DNA of 64,000 bases from an uncultured Bacteroidales bacterium (GCA_963763215.1 CAVXNX010000006.1:83718-147717); one strand, 5' to 3'; positions 20,497 to 32,429 are shown, counted from the first letter of the stretch. Notes: generated by a model from the sequence alone, not told the origin. Program-made: numbers and translations.

Positions 20497-21666
20497 TTAA
20501 CGGGATGGCTCCCGTTCCTTCATTCCCCGGTTCCGGAAAATCATGGTTTCGTAATTGCCGGAGCCCTCAATGGTTTTTCCCTGGATCGTCAGTTTCAGTG
20601 TCGCTTCCAGCCCGAAATAGACGGGCTTTGCCACAAAGGTCCGGATCAGCAGTTTCACCGGGAAGATCACTCCCGCGAGGAGATCCTTCCTGTCGAGGAT
20701 ACGGCGAAAGGTGAATTCGGCCTCGGCCGGAAAGGTCTCATCCTTCGACCGAAGGGTGATCTTCCGGGGATATCCGGTGCCGGGGGAACGGTCGTGCCCG
20801 CTGATGAGGCAATCGACAAGGTTGTTTGAGCTATGGATGATCCGTTTATTTTCCGCAACCATGAATGAAACGGTTCGCGATGACCGGAACCAGGTATCCA
20901 TGAAGATCACCGTGTAAGGTCCGGCATACCCTTTTCCCCAATACCAGCGGCTCACGAGTTCGTCCAGGTGAAGAGGATGTCCGCGGTCCACCCTGACGAA
21001 GTTATGGTCGTGATAACCATTGGCATGCTTGATGGGATAGCTTTCCTTGTTGAAGGTAAATTCTCCCTTGACAGAGGCCAGGGGTGCCGGGATGGTCCAT
21101 CCAAATTCACTTTTTTTATCATCCAATGTATGAACGATCCTGTCTCCAAGGGGTTTCCAGCCTTCAACCAGACCCTTGAACACCAGCTGGCACGTGAAAA
21201 GCGGGAGCCTGACGGTGACCTGATACGTCGGGAGGTCGCCCGTTTCCGCTTTGATTTCAAAAACGTCGCCGGCTTTAATATGACAGTGATGCGTCTCATT
21301 CTCCACCTGGTCGAACGTGAAATGACGGGTGAAGGTCCCGGATCCTTCCTTCGTGTTCACCGAAATGGCGAGCTGCGGGTATACGCGGGTTTTGAGGGGG
21401 CTGGTCCCGATATGGAAGACGACCTTGAGGAAATTGCCCGTCAGGGGATCCATGACATCAAAATACCACCATTCAAAATCACCTTTGAATGGCTCAATAA
21501 TATGCAGTCCGTCATCTTCAGGGGTGACGGGAAGTCCGGGTGTCCCTTCCGCATCGGGGGTATGGGCGATAACCCCGTTATTCAGTGCCTGTCCTTTATG
21601 CTGGTAACTCATGGTGTAAAAAAATGGATCGGTTCGTTTTGTAAAAAATCGAAGGATATTCTTCAA
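20497..21666 (-). CDS. CrtC/AttH-like (carotenoid 1,2-hydratase family) protein
   Basis: 389 aa. FEWWYFDV and a later WYWGKG resemble the hydroxyneurosporene-synthase/AttH lipocalin-like family as I remember it. It overlaps the upstream SDR by 4 nt. Confidence 0.4.
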   Translation of the reverse strand: MKNILRFFTKRTDPFFYTMSYQHKGQALNNGVIAHTPDAEGTPGLPVTPEDDGLHIIEPFKGDFEWWYFDVMDPLTGNFLKVVFHIGTSPLKTRVYPQLAISVNTKEGSGTFTRHFTFDQVENETHHCHIKAGDVFEIKAETGDLPTYQVTVRLPLFTCQLVFKGLVEGWKPLGDRIVHTLDDKKSEFGWTIPAPLASVKGEFTFNKESYPIKHANGYHDHNFVRVDRGHPLHLDELVSRWYWGKGYAGPYTVIFMDTWFRSSRTVSFMVAENKRIIHSSNNLVDCLISGHDRSPGTGYPRKITLRSKDETFPAEAEFTFRRILDRKDLLAGVIFPVKLLIRTFVAKPVYFGLEATLKLTIQGKTIEGSGNYETMIFRNRGMKEREPSR

Positions 21667-22509
21667 ACGTTCAGGACAGATTTGGCCAGGTAACCAGAAA
21701 GGAGGTTCTGCGTGACCTCACGGAGCTTCTCCCGGGCCTCAGGGTCGTACGCCTGGGGTATCGCCCTGGCCTGCTGCTTCCCTTCGTAATAACCCCCGGT
21801 CTTCTCCGACCTGATCAGGCTTTCGACCGCAGAAGCGCCCTGTTCGACAGTGGTGAAGGAGTGGCCCCAGTCTTCCATGACCATCTTCGTGTTCATCAGT
21901 GTCGCCGGATGGAGGACGTTGACCCTGATCCCCTGATCCTTAAGCCGCTTGGCCAGGTCAAACGTGTACATGATGAGGGCTGTCTTACTTTGTTTATAGG
22001 CAAAATATCCGTCATAATGATGTTCGATCATCAGATCGGAAAAATTGACCGGTTCCTGTCCCACGGAGGCAACATTGATGATCTTCCCCTCCCCGGGCGG
22101 AATAAGCGGTAATAATTTTTCCGTCAGAAGAACATGTGAGAGGTAATTGACGGCAAATCGCAGTTCATAACCGTCCTTGCTGAGTTCTCTGACATTTCCC
22201 GTTCCCTTGCCCGAACCGATCCCGACATTGTTGATCAAAATGTCAATCCGGTTGTGATCATGCGATACCATGGTCTGCCAGATGAGCCACACCATCCAGT
22301 GACGCGAAATCACCGTTGAAGTAGGTCAGATGGCTGTTCCCGGTTTCAGCCGAAATCTCCCGGACCACCGCTTTGCCCTTGCTTTCATTCCGGCCATGGA
22401 TAAGTACTGTGGCATCAAGCGCGGCAACATGTTTTGCCACCAGCCTTCCAAGTCCGTCTGTCGAGCCGGTGATCAGGATCGTTTTACCCGATAATCCGTT
22501 TGCCACCAT
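21663..22509 (-). pseudogene. short-chain dehydrogenase/reductase, one frame disruption near 22270-22310
   Basis: ORF 22258..22509 has KTILITGSTDGLG. ORF 21663..22313 has RIDILINNVG and YKQSK. Together they make one ~280-aa SDR. Confidence 0.8.
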
Positions 22510-22796
22510 GTGTACCGATTAGGGTTCCGTGAATCGCATCCAACGGAGCCGTTTAGGTTAAAAAATAGCATGTGCACAGGAACCTGACCCGGGTTCCCAT
22601 GCATTTTGCACTTCCCGGGAATCTGCCTGTCCTGTTTTCATTAAACTGTTCCGGGGCCGAATTGTTTAACTACTACCGTTCTGCCGTGAAAAAGAGTCAG
22701 ACATCACGGCTCATGCAGGGAACAAAAGCCGGAAGAACATCCCGGATCACTGATCATGACATTCAATAAAGGCATCTCAACGCCGGAAAGAGCAGG

Positions 22797-23312
22797 ATGA
22801 TAAAAATATTTCATGCAAATTCCCCTAAAAAGCTTGAACAGGTCAGGGATCTGTTTCTTGGTTTTGTATCGTGGTACAGGTCGAATTATCCCGACGACAG
22901 GGATTTTATCGAGAATTACCTGGATAACAGGAGTTTTTCGGAAGAGGTCTCTTCCCTCCCCGGAAGATTATGCACCCCCGGGCGGAAGGCTTCTATTGCC
23001 TACTACAACGGAAAACCGGCCGGTTGTGCGGCTCTGAAGGAGAAGAACCTGGGGACATGCGAGCTGAAGCGGCTTTTTGTTTCTCCCCTGTTCCGGAACA
23101 GGGGAGTGGGCCGCGCCCTGGCTGATGCTGCCATCAGGGAAGCCCGGATGATCGGGTATTCTTCCATCCTGGTGAGCAGTACGATCCAGGAAACAGAGGC
23201 TCAGGGACTTTTCAAAACCCTCGGATTCAAAGACACCGCCGCAGGCGAGGAGGTGCCGGAGGATATCCGGAAATGGCTGGTATTCATGAAGATGGAACTG
23301 AAGAAGGAATAG
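22797..23312 (+). CDS. GNAT family N-acetyltransferase
   Basis: 171 aa with motif A, FRNRGVGRALADAA. Confidence 0.8.
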   Translation: MIKIFHANSPKKLEQVRDLFLGFVSWYRSNYPDDRDFIENYLDNRSFSEEVSSLPGRLCTPGRKASIAYYNGKPAGCAALKEKNLGTCELKRLFVSPLFRNRGVGRALADAAIREARMIGYSSILVSSTIQETEAQGLFKTLGFKDTAAGEEVPEDIRKWLVFMKMELKKE

Positions 23313-23465
23313 CGCGTATCTGCGTTCTTCATGATGGCACGTTAAAAAAGTGTGCCCGTTTTTCATCCGTCCGGAAAGCAATGCAGCCCGGACATGCGGC
23401 TTGCTCCCCATGGACGTTGTCCGATCGTTTTTTCCGTCTTTCTTCCGAGCGGGATCAGGAATTAT

Positions 23466-25844
23466 TCAAGGCCTGAGTTCCGTTTCTTTCGTCAGGACAA
23501 TATTTTGCGAGGATTCGCCGATCATGACCCTGAACATCCCCGGTTCGACGGTCCATTTCATCTGCCGGTCGACGAGGGCCAGCTCCTCATAGGGGACGCT
23601 CAGGTGAACGGTCTTCGTTTCGCCTTTTTTCAGAAAAACGCGGGAAAAGGCTTTGAGCTCTTTGATCGGTGTGGCAACGCTCGCGTACTCATCCTGGACA
23701 TACACCTGCACCACGGCTTCCCCATCGCGATCGCCCGTATTTTGAACATCCACCGTAACCGGTATGTCCTCTCCGGGAGAAAAGGAGGCGGGCACATCCA
23801 GGTTGATGAACGAGAAGGTCGTGTAACTCAGTCCATAACCAAAGGGGTAGAGTGGGGCGGAGGAACAATCGACATAATCGCGCCGGGGCTCTGAAACAGG
23901 GTTGTAAAAGACGGGAAGCTGGCCAGCATTTTTGGGAATGCTCACGCAGAGTTTGCCGGAGGGATTATAGTCGCCAAAGAGGATGTCGGCCACAGCCCGG
24001 CCTCCTTCCCAGCCGCAATACCAGGCTTCCACCACTGCTGCCGCCTTCTCACTGATCTCCGGTTCGGCAATGGGCCGGCCGTTGATGTACACCACGATAA
24101 CCGGTTTGCCGGTCCGTGCGACCGCATCGAAAAGGTCCTTCTGAACACCCGACAAGCCAAGGTCGGATTTATCGAAGCCTTCACCGCAATCGAGCTCGCT
24201 GAGGGTCTCGAAACTGGAGACCATCCTGCCGGTGAGAGGGTCGAATTTTATGTCCTCAAAATCACTTCCGCTCGATCCTCCCAGGACCATGACCACCACC
24301 TGGCTCTTGCGGGCCGCATCAACCGCCTCTGCGAACCCTGACTTATCCGTGTCCCTGACGCCGCATCCCCTGGCATAGTAAACACGCGTATTTTCGGGCA
24401 CTGCCTCACGGATACCCGTAAGTACCGTTGAAACATCTTCCCGGCGCTGGTACATGAAAACGTAACTGCCAAGCTGATTGCTGATTTTGTCGGCATTCGG
24501 ACCAATGACCGCAATCGACGAGAGATCCTTGCGGAGGGGCAGGGTCTGTGCCTTGTTTTCGAGCAGGACGATTCCCTCCCTGGCCACCTGCCTGTTGATC
24601 TCCCTCGATTGGGGATCATCGGTAAATTTCCCGGCATCACCGACAGAGAGGTAGGGATGGTCAAATAATCCGAGCTTGAATTTCATTCTCAGGATACGAC
24701 GCACAGCAAGATCAACAGCATCGGTATCGATCGTTTTGTCTTCGAGGCCTTTCACCAGGTTGTCCAGGAACATGACCGCTCCCATTTCCATATCGAGACC
24801 GGCATCCAGGGAGAGTTTGACAAGCTCTTCCGGACTTCCCGCGATGCGGTGTTTGGTTCTCAGCTCACTCACCGATCCGGCGTCGGAAACCACGAAGCCG
24901 TTGAATCCCCATTCGTCTCTCAGAACATGGGTGAGCAGCCATCCATTCATGGTACACGGAATACCGTCGAGGGTGTTGTAGGAACACATCACGGAGGCGG
25001 CTCCCTGCCTGACGGCCATGCGGAAAGGTTTCAGAAATTTTGTCCGGAGCTCGCGTTCCCCGATGCTCACGGTTCCGGTATTGTGTCCTCCCTCGGGCGT
25101 GGCGTGCACAAAATGTTTTAAGGTGACCAGGACAGAATGGAGCCCGATCGAGTCGCCCTGGAATCCCCTGGTGTACTCCTCGCCAAAACGCCCGGCAAGA
25201 TAGGGATCTTCGCCGAACGTCTCCTCGACGCGTCCCCAGCGGGGATCAATGGCCAGGTCGAGAATGGGTGAATACACGACCCGGCACCCGGAAACATACG
25301 CCTCCCGGGCAATGGCTTTGTACATCTGAAATGCCAGGCCGGGATCGAAGGTGCAACCGACCAGCAAACCGGTGGGATAGACCATCCCGTACTTGCCTAA
25401 CCGGCCATGCTCCGCCGACTCGCCGAAAAGCATGGGGATCTTCAGCCGGGTATGTTCCAGGTTATACCGCTGGATCATGTTCATGATCCTGACACCTTCT
25501 TCGGGCGAGGGTCCGTCTTTCGGGGAAACTTTCGTCCAGGGATCGGCACGGTAAATGCCGTAGGTGGCGCCAATAAAATACTTGGATAACAGAGTTTTGA
25601 AAGTGTCTGTCAGGGCAAGGCCCGTATCCTGCCTGGCATAAGCTTCCCATCCCCAGGTCTGGCAAAGCTGCCCGGCCTTTTCTTCCGGCGTCATGATGGC
25701 CATCAGTGAATCGATCCTGGCCTCTATGCTTTTGCCGGCGGTCTTTTCACGGTCGATCCGTTCTCTTACGCCTGCCCCGTGTTTATCACCGCTGCACGAC
25801 GTCAGCAGCAGAACACTGAGAAATACAATCGCTGTTTCCTTCAT
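23466..25844 (-). CDS. GH3 beta-glucosidase/beta-xylosidase-type glycoside hydrolase, lipoprotein
   Basis: 792 aa with lipobox LLTSCSG, the GH3 nucleophile region GFNGFVVSDAGS, and a C-terminal Fn3-like region. Confidence 0.9.
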   Translation of the reverse strand: MKETAIVFLSVLLLTSCSGDKHGAGVRERIDREKTAGKSIEARIDSLMAIMTPEEKAGQLCQTWGWEAYARQDTGLALTDTFKTLLSKYFIGATYGIYRADPWTKVSPKDGPSPEEGVRIMNMIQRYNLEHTRLKIPMLFGESAEHGRLGKYGMVYPTGLLVGCTFDPGLAFQMYKAIAREAYVSGCRVVYSPILDLAIDPRWGRVEETFGEDPYLAGRFGEEYTRGFQGDSIGLHSVLVTLKHFVHATPEGGHNTGTVSIGERELRTKFLKPFRMAVRQGAASVMCSYNTLDGIPCTMNGWLLTHVLRDEWGFNGFVVSDAGSVSELRTKHRIAGSPEELVKLSLDAGLDMEMGAVMFLDNLVKGLEDKTIDTDAVDLAVRRILRMKFKLGLFDHPYLSVGDAGKFTDDPQSREINRQVAREGIVLLENKAQTLPLRKDLSSIAVIGPNADKISNQLGSYVFMYQRREDVSTVLTGIREAVPENTRVYYARGCGVRDTDKSGFAEAVDAARKSQVVVMVLGGSSGSDFEDIKFDPLTGRMVSSFETLSELDCGEGFDKSDLGLSGVQKDLFDAVARTGKPVIVVYINGRPIAEPEISEKAAAVVEAWYCGWEGGRAVADILFGDYNPSGKLCVSIPKNAGQLPVFYNPVSEPRRDYVDCSSAPLYPFGYGLSYTTFSFINLDVPASFSPGEDIPVTVDVQNTGDRDGEAVVQVYVQDEYASVATPIKELKAFSRVFLKKGETKTVHLSVPYEELALVDRQMKWTVEPGMFRVMIGESSQNIVLTKETELRP

Positions 25845-26064
25845 AAATGGATGTTTTATGGATCTTTTATCGGATCTATTGACCGGGGTGAAGATCAGGG
25901 ATCCCTTCTCCTCTTTCGGCTGTTAAAGTAGTGATTTTAATGCAGAATTTTTATCACGCGCCAGGTAAATAGTTGAAAATCCGGCCGAAGCAGATTTTAT
26001 GCGTGAAAACGCATGGAATTTCAGACGGGGTGGATAAATACCAAAAGGATGGGTGAAGAATCCT

Positions 26065-27072
26065 TTAAATGGCAAACCGACCTGCCAGGTCCCCGGAGGT
26101 ATAGAACCTGCCGGTCTTTTCAATGTCCTTCACGATATCGGTCACGGCCGAATTGAGCGGCGTTGGTATACCCGTTTGCCTCCCCAGGCGGACGATCTCA
26201 CCGTTAAGGTAGTCGATCTCTGTCGGTCGGCCGCGTTTCAGGCTCTGGAGAGTGGAACTGAGCGTTTTTAAATGGCCCATGGACCGTTTGAGGAAAAATC
26301 CGGCCACAAAATCAGGGGCGGAGGCTATGATTTTGAGAAGTGTTGCCGGCACGCCGGGCAATGATCCCAGCCGGTAGCCAGACTGGCGGATGACATGATA
26401 CCCTTCCCGTAAGGTATAAATCCCAATCCTGCGGATCACTGCATCGTGCATACATGAACGGATGCTCCGGCCGGTCATGGCCTCGAGCCCGTTTCCGAGA
26501 TTGTTCAGGAGAAGCTTGGACCAGCGAACACCGCTGATGTTTTCACTGATCTCTGTCTTCATGGCCTGGTCGAGCAGGACTTTGATCTCCCTGACCTTTT
26601 CATTGTTCCGACCAAAGGCTGAACCGATGACCAGTTCTCCGGCATGGGCAAGGGTTACCTTCCCGGGCTCAAGATATTGGGCATTCATCATGACCACACC
26701 GCTGATGATGTTCTCCCGTGGGAAAAAGGCGGCGGCGATCGAATCGCCCCGGGTGCCGTTCTGGAGGGTCACAATCGTGGATGATTGGGCCAGATCGCGA
26801 ACCTGCCGGCAGGCGGATTCGAGATCCTGGGTCTTCATGGCGAGCAGCAGAACATCCGGACGGAACGTCAGTGATTCGGCAGCACTGACCCGAATGACGG
26901 AATTCCCCGGTATTCCCCCGATATGCAGCCCTTTTTTCTGAATGGCGCGCACATGGTCGGGCCTGGCGATAAGGGTGACATCCTCGCCGGCTTCCGACAA
27001 CAATCCCCCGATAAGGCTGCCTACCGCGCCGGCCCCGGCTACCGCAATTTTTCGTGTTTTTTTCCCTGACAT
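26065..27072 (-). CDS. panE: 2-dehydropantoate 2-reductase (ketopantoate reductase family)
   Basis: KIAVAGAGAVGSLIGG Rossmann N-terminus and a C-terminal STLQSLKRGRPTEIDYLNG motif typical of ApbA/PanE. The ORF track start is 27117. Confidence 0.8.
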   Translation of the reverse strand: MSGKKTRKIAVAGAGAVGSLIGGLLSEAGEDVTLIARPDHVRAIQKKGLHIGGIPGNSVIRVSAAESLTFRPDVLLLAMKTQDLESACRQVRDLAQSSTIVTLQNGTRGDSIAAAFFPRENIISGVVMMNAQYLEPGKVTLAHAGELVIGSAFGRNNEKVREIKVLLDQAMKTEISENISGVRWSKLLLNNLGNGLEAMTGRSIRSCMHDAVIRRIGIYTLREGYHVIRQSGYRLGSLPGVPATLLKIIASAPDFVAGFFLKRSMGHLKTLSSTLQSLKRGRPTEIDYLNGEIVRLGRQTGIPTPLNSAVTDIVKDIEKTGRFYTSGDLAGRFAI

Positions 27073-27245
27073 ATTTATTCCATGGTTAACCTCGTGATCA
27101 TTCCGTTTTATCTCCAAAAATGAATTAAAATGATCGATTTATAGCTGAATGATGTATATTTATTTCGTGACATAGAAGCGTATCTCAGAATACTAACATG
27201 ACCTACAAGCTACGCCGTGATTTGTTCATCCTGTACCGGGGAAAA

Positions 27246-30200
27246 GCCATGGGAGTCCTGAACCCTTTGGTACTCTTTCTTCTCCTGACCGTGCTTTCGA
27301 TCCCCGGAACCGCGCAGTCACCTTCTTTCAAAACCTTTATGAATCCCGTGATTCCCGGCGATCATCCCGATCCGAACTTATTCAGGGACGGCCGTGATTA
27401 TTTCACCACCGGATCATCCTTCAATACAACACCGAAGATTTACCATTCCACCGATCTGGTTCACTGGGAAGTCTCTGGACAGCCTTTTGATCCCGGATGG
27501 AGCGAACTGGATGATTGTGTGGCTTGCGGCGTATGGGGCGGGTGCCTGGCGTATTTCGCCGGTTCGTATTGGGACTATTTCGGACTGAAAGGTTCGATGT
27601 GGTTCGTGAAATCTTCCAGTCCTTATGGGCCGTGGAGCACGCCTGTAAAGATGCGTGTTCCTCCCGGCGCCGTTCGCGGCCTGGGTATCGACAATTCCAT
27701 TTTTGTCGATGACGACGGCGCCGCCTACCTTGTCGCTAAACCGGGACAGCCGGCAAATCAGATCTTCCGGCTCGACAGTACCGGCCAATGCACCGGCGAG
27801 ATGATCGACCTGGGATGGATCAATCCCCCACCGGACTACCCCTACAGCTGGGCTGAAGGCCCGGTGATGTGCAAGAAAGACGGCTATTACTATTATTTCG
27901 TGGCCGGAAATGCCGCCGGTGGCGAATACGCTTTCCGCAGCGATACGCTCACCGGTGATCAGTCGGCCTGGCAGGTTTACGGCGACATTTTCCAGACAGA
28001 TAACCGCTCCGGATCACTTTTTTACGGACCCAATCATAGCTCCTACCCGGTGGAAACGGACAATGGATCCTGGTGGGCTATCCTCCATTCCTGGTCTTTC
28101 ACACCATCCACGCATGAATGGCACGGACAGGGCAGGCAGGGCCTCCTGAGCCAGGTCAACTGGTCGGACGATGGCCGGCCCCTGATGGACTGGCCCGTGA
28201 ATGCACCTCAGCCCGCACCTTTGCTGCCATCGGGCGGAATCCCATGGATGGTGCCGAAATCCGATTTTTTCGATCAGGATGTCCTGAACATGGAGTGGGA
28301 ATTCTTCGGAAAAACACCTTCATCCATGTACTCTCTTACGGAAAGGCCGGGATGGCTGAGGATAAAGCCGGGTGCAGGCATGAAACACATCATGAAAAAT
28401 GATGCTGAACATGCTTACACCTTAATGACCCGGGTGGATTTCGATGCAACCGGAACCGGAGATGAAGCCGGCCTGCGCATCACCAACGGTCTGGATGGAA
28501 CCCGTAACCTCGACGCCCGGTTATGCAGCACCTTCGACGGTTTGAAAAAAGTGTTGCGCTTCTCGTTTAACGGGAAGGCTTACACGGCGACAAATGCTGT
28601 TGGGAATCGGGTGTGGTTGAAACTTGTCCGGTCAGATCATATTCTCCGCGGCTTTTTCAGCGCTAACGGGTATGCGTGGAAGGAAATCGGCGATCCGGTC
28701 GATGTGTCTGCACTGGATAAAGAACAGCCCGATACGAACGGATGGATCGGAAACAGGCAGGGCCTTTATGCCTTGAACAGGCAGGCTGACTTTGATCTCT
28801 ATATCTACCGTGACGGGTATACCCCCATACAGGCAGACTGTCCGGCCAACCAATGTGGGTACGTTAAAAATGAATGCTTCCGACGGTTCACCCATTTTGG
28901 GCGGGATCCATCACCTCGACTGGGTATTGTACGCCGGTGTCGAGCTGGGCCATCCCGGCTATGATAAAAAGCCCCTAAAAGTGGAGATCACGGCATCTTC
29001 AGCCAGCGAGGGCGGTGTCGCAGAGATCTGGATGGATTCGATCGGTACGGGCACAAAGATTGGTGAATGCCGGATTGACAACACCGGCGGTTGGGAGACC
29101 TTCCGAACCTTTTCGTCCCCTGTTGAGCACGTCACCGGGCGTCATGATCTGTATCTTCTTTTTACCGGTGCGTCCGGTGAAGACCTTTTTCACCTGAAAA
29201 AACTCATGTTCGTTCCCGGGTCGCCTTCCGAATACAGGTATGCCAAAACGGAGGATCAAAAAACGATCCTCCTGCAATTGTCACGACCGGTCATCCTGGC
29301 GCCATCGGTTGAAGGTCTGGAGGTGTTCATCAACGATACCCTTGTGCGGGATACCCTGGTTTACGGGATTGCGGAGACTGATTCGGCCATGGTCAGGATC
29401 ACCCTTGCCACAGAAATCACCAAAACGGACAATGTGACGATTTCCTATTCAGGAGGGAACATCCTGACATCCGACAGTATGGCATTACTTCCCTTTCACG
29501 ATGAGAGCGTCAATAACCTTCTTCCGGGAGCCCCACCTCGGCTGGAGTCGGCCGGTACGAGCACTGACGGGACCTACATCGAATTGAAATTCACGAAAAA
29601 AATGAGATGGACCGGTTCCCCGGCCGGCGATTTTCATGATCTTTATTCAATCAATTGCAAAAGCCGGAACGCGATGCCCCTGCCATATCACTTTCACTGG
29701 CTACAGGCGATTCCACCACCCTCATCCTCGTTCCCGGTGAGGACCTGTTCGCCGATTATTCAGTCGAAATTGGTTATATGGGAATCCTCCTGGAATCAAC
29801 CGATGGGGGAAAGGCGGGTCCGGTGATCCGTTTCCCCGTAACCAATCTTTCTCCACCCAAACCTCCGGCCCCGGTTTCAGGAACCGTTCTCATCGACGGT
29901 TTGCATATCGCTTTGCATTCGATAAGGCGATGATCAACGCCGCAGGGCAGAAGGGATTTTTCAGCCTGGTGGTGAATGGACGGCCATATCCGCTGGAATC
30001 GATCACAACCGATGGTCCCGTTCTGACCATAACTTCGGAAGTGCCCGTTCGTTCAGGCGATAACGTGTTCCTGTCATATTCCGGCGGTACAATGGCATCG
30101 GTTGACCGGGCACTGCTGAACGATTTTTCAGCCTTCCCGGTCTCAAATGATCTGGCAACACCCAATTTTAATCCTGTTCCGGGGAAGGTGGAAGCAGAGG

Positions 30201-31138
30201 ATTTTGTGACCAATTTTGGGACATATCCGGAATACACCGTCGATGTTGGCGGGGGAAGTGATGTGGGATGGATCGACCGGGGCGATTATCTTGACTACGC
30301 ACTGGACGTCAGTGCAAGCAAAATTGTATACCCTCAGCGCCAGGGTGTTGCCTCCAGCCTATGATTCCCGGATTATCTGGCAATATCCCGGTACGAAAAC
30401 CCTCAACCTTGATACCATCCCGATTTCCGCACCGGGAACGGCAGCGGAATGGGTAACGATCTATTCAGTCGCCAGGTTGACAGCCGGTCGTCAGTACTTG
30501 CGAATGCTTGCTGAAACCGGCGGATTCAAGGTGAACTGGTTCGATTTCCGTTCAGGGGATGTTATGCCCCGGGCAAGGATCACCGGTCTGAAACTGGATC
30601 CTGAAGGCACGACCCTGGAGATGACCTGCGATAAAGATCTGAAGCCGTATCCTGTCAGCGCGCTGGGATTCGCCATCACCGTCGATGGTGAGCCGACCGG
30701 GATAAAAAATGTGATGGTTAAACCCTGCTGTCACAAGGTAGTGGTGATCAGTCTGAACGGATCCATCGGCCCGCCTTCCGGTAAGGCCGTGCTGTCCTAT
30801 TCAGGCGGGTACATCCGGGCATTCGACAATACCCCGCTGCAGGATACCGCCAATGCTGTCATTTTTGACTTTACACCGGTCGTTCCGCCGCATTACATCA
30901 GGACACCGGTGAACATCTTCCCGAATCCGGCCAGTCATGAAATCACCATCGAGACGTCTTTCCGTTTTCAACGGATCGATATCCTGGATACCAATGGGCG
31001 GGTGGTCATGACCGAAACAACCAAGGCAGAGGTACAGAACGGCGAACCATTAAGATGAACCTGCCAGCGGGTGAATACATGGTGCGGCTGACCGGCAGCG
31101 GACAGTGTATGACGAAGGGATTTGCGGTGGTCAGATGA
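27246..31138 (+). pseudogene. large secreted GH43 glycosidase with two CBM6-like modules, Ig-like repeats and a T9SS C-terminal sorting domain; at least five frame disruptions
   Basis: GH43 N-terminus NPVIPGDHPDPNLFRDG in ORF 27198..28964. CBM6-like GGIHHLDW...TGGWETF...HDLYLLF in 28792..29826. Further pieces in 29655..29933, 29930..30364 (KVEAEDF...GWIDRGDYLDY) and 30216..31058 (FPNPASHEITIE...). The final LPAGEYMVRLTG...FAVVR* ends at 31138. Frame changes are near 28860, 29650, 29925, 30300 and 31050. Confidence 0.8.
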
Positions 31139-31187
31139 TCTGCCCCGGTAACCCCGGAAATGATCGGATGAGGAAACAGAAAATGGA

Positions 31188-32429
31188 TTAACGTCTTCTG
31201 GAGGAGTTTTTCATCGACGCAAAATACTCCTGTTTTCGCTGCATCTTCTCCTTTTCGTAGGCTTTCCTCTCCTTTTCGTTCATCGGACTGTCGGTCTGCG
31301 GGTAGGGATTTTCCTTCACCAGGGGGATCTTCTTGTTGATCAGCTTTTCAATGTCGCGCATGTAGGCATTTTCTTCCGGTTCGCAGAGGGAAATGGCAAC
31401 GCCGGTTTCTCCTGCCCGTCCCGATCTGCCGATCCGGTGAACATAGGTTTCGGCGATATTCGGGATGTCAAAATTGATGACATACCGGAGTTTTTCGATG
31501 TCGATTCCCCGTGCCGCGATGTCGGTGGCAACCAGCACCCTGATCTCACCGGCCTTGAACCTGGACAACGATTTCTGCCGCTGGTTCTGTGCCTTGTCGC
31601 CATGAATGGCTTCGGTGGAAATGTGCCATTTTTTCAGGTCACGGGCGATGCGGTCCGCTCCATGCTTGGTCCGCGAAAACAAAAGGACCTGGTCGATGCT
31701 CTGATCCTGAAGGATATGGAGGAGGAGATCTTTTTTGGTGGATTTGTTCGTGTAATACAGGTATTGCTGAATGGTGCCGGCAGTGGAAGAGATGGGTGCA
31801 ACGTCGATTTTGCGGGGATTCCGGAGGATTTTTGCCGAAAGGGCAACAATATTGTCAGGCATCGTGGCTGAAAAAAACAAGGATTGGCGTTTTTCCGGCA
31901 GCCTGGTGATAATTTTCCGGATATCGTGGATAAAGCCCATGTCAAGCATCCTGTCGGCCTCATCGAGAACGAAGTACCGGATGTCGTCGAGTTTCACATA
32001 GCCCTGGTCCATCAGGTCGAGCAACCGGCCGGGTGTGGCCACAAGGATATCTGCGCCCCTTCTCAGGGCATCGGTCTGCTGACGTTGATTGACGCCGCCA
32101 AAAATGACAACATTTTTTATTCCGGTGTATTTTCCATATACCGAAAAACTTTCACCGATCTGGATGGCCAGTTCGCGTGTCGGGGTGACGATGAGCGCCT
32201 GGATCTTCCCCGTTAAGCGGTTTTGACGCGGTGATGCGCTGAGATGCTGGAGGATCGGCACTGCAAAGGCCGCGGTTTTGCCGGTGCCGGTCTGGGCGCT
32301 TCCCAGGACATCGGACCCGCTGAGAATAATCGGGATGGCTTTTTCCTGTATGGGGGTCGGTACGGTGTAATCTTCTTCTCTTAGTGCTTTTAAGATAGGT
32401 TCAATGATTTTAAGATCTTCAAATTGCAT
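31188..32429 (-). CDS. DEAD-box ATP-dependent RNA helicase
   Basis: AQTGTGKT, VLDEADRMLDMGF, SAT and HRIGRSGRAG motifs. Start taken at MQFEDLKI; the ORF track start is 32501. Confidence 0.9.
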   Translation of the reverse strand: MQFEDLKIIEPILKALREEDYTVPTPIQEKAIPIILSGSDVLGSAQTGTGKTAAFAVPILQHLSASPRQNRLTGKIQALIVTPTRELAIQIGESFSVYGKYTGIKNVVIFGGVNQRQQTDALRRGADILVATPGRLLDLMDQGYVKLDDIRYFVLDEADRMLDMGFIHDIRKIITRLPEKRQSLFFSATMPDNIVALSAKILRNPRKIDVAPISSTAGTIQQYLYYTNKSTKKDLLLHILQDQSIDQVLLFSRTKHGADRIARDLKKWHISTEAIHGDKAQNQRQKSLSRFKAGEIRVLVATDIAARGIDIEKLRYVINFDIPNIAETYVHRIGRSGRAGETGVAISLCEPEENAYMRDIEKLINKKIPLVKENPYPQTDSPMNEKERKAYEKEKMQRKQEYFASMKNSSRRR

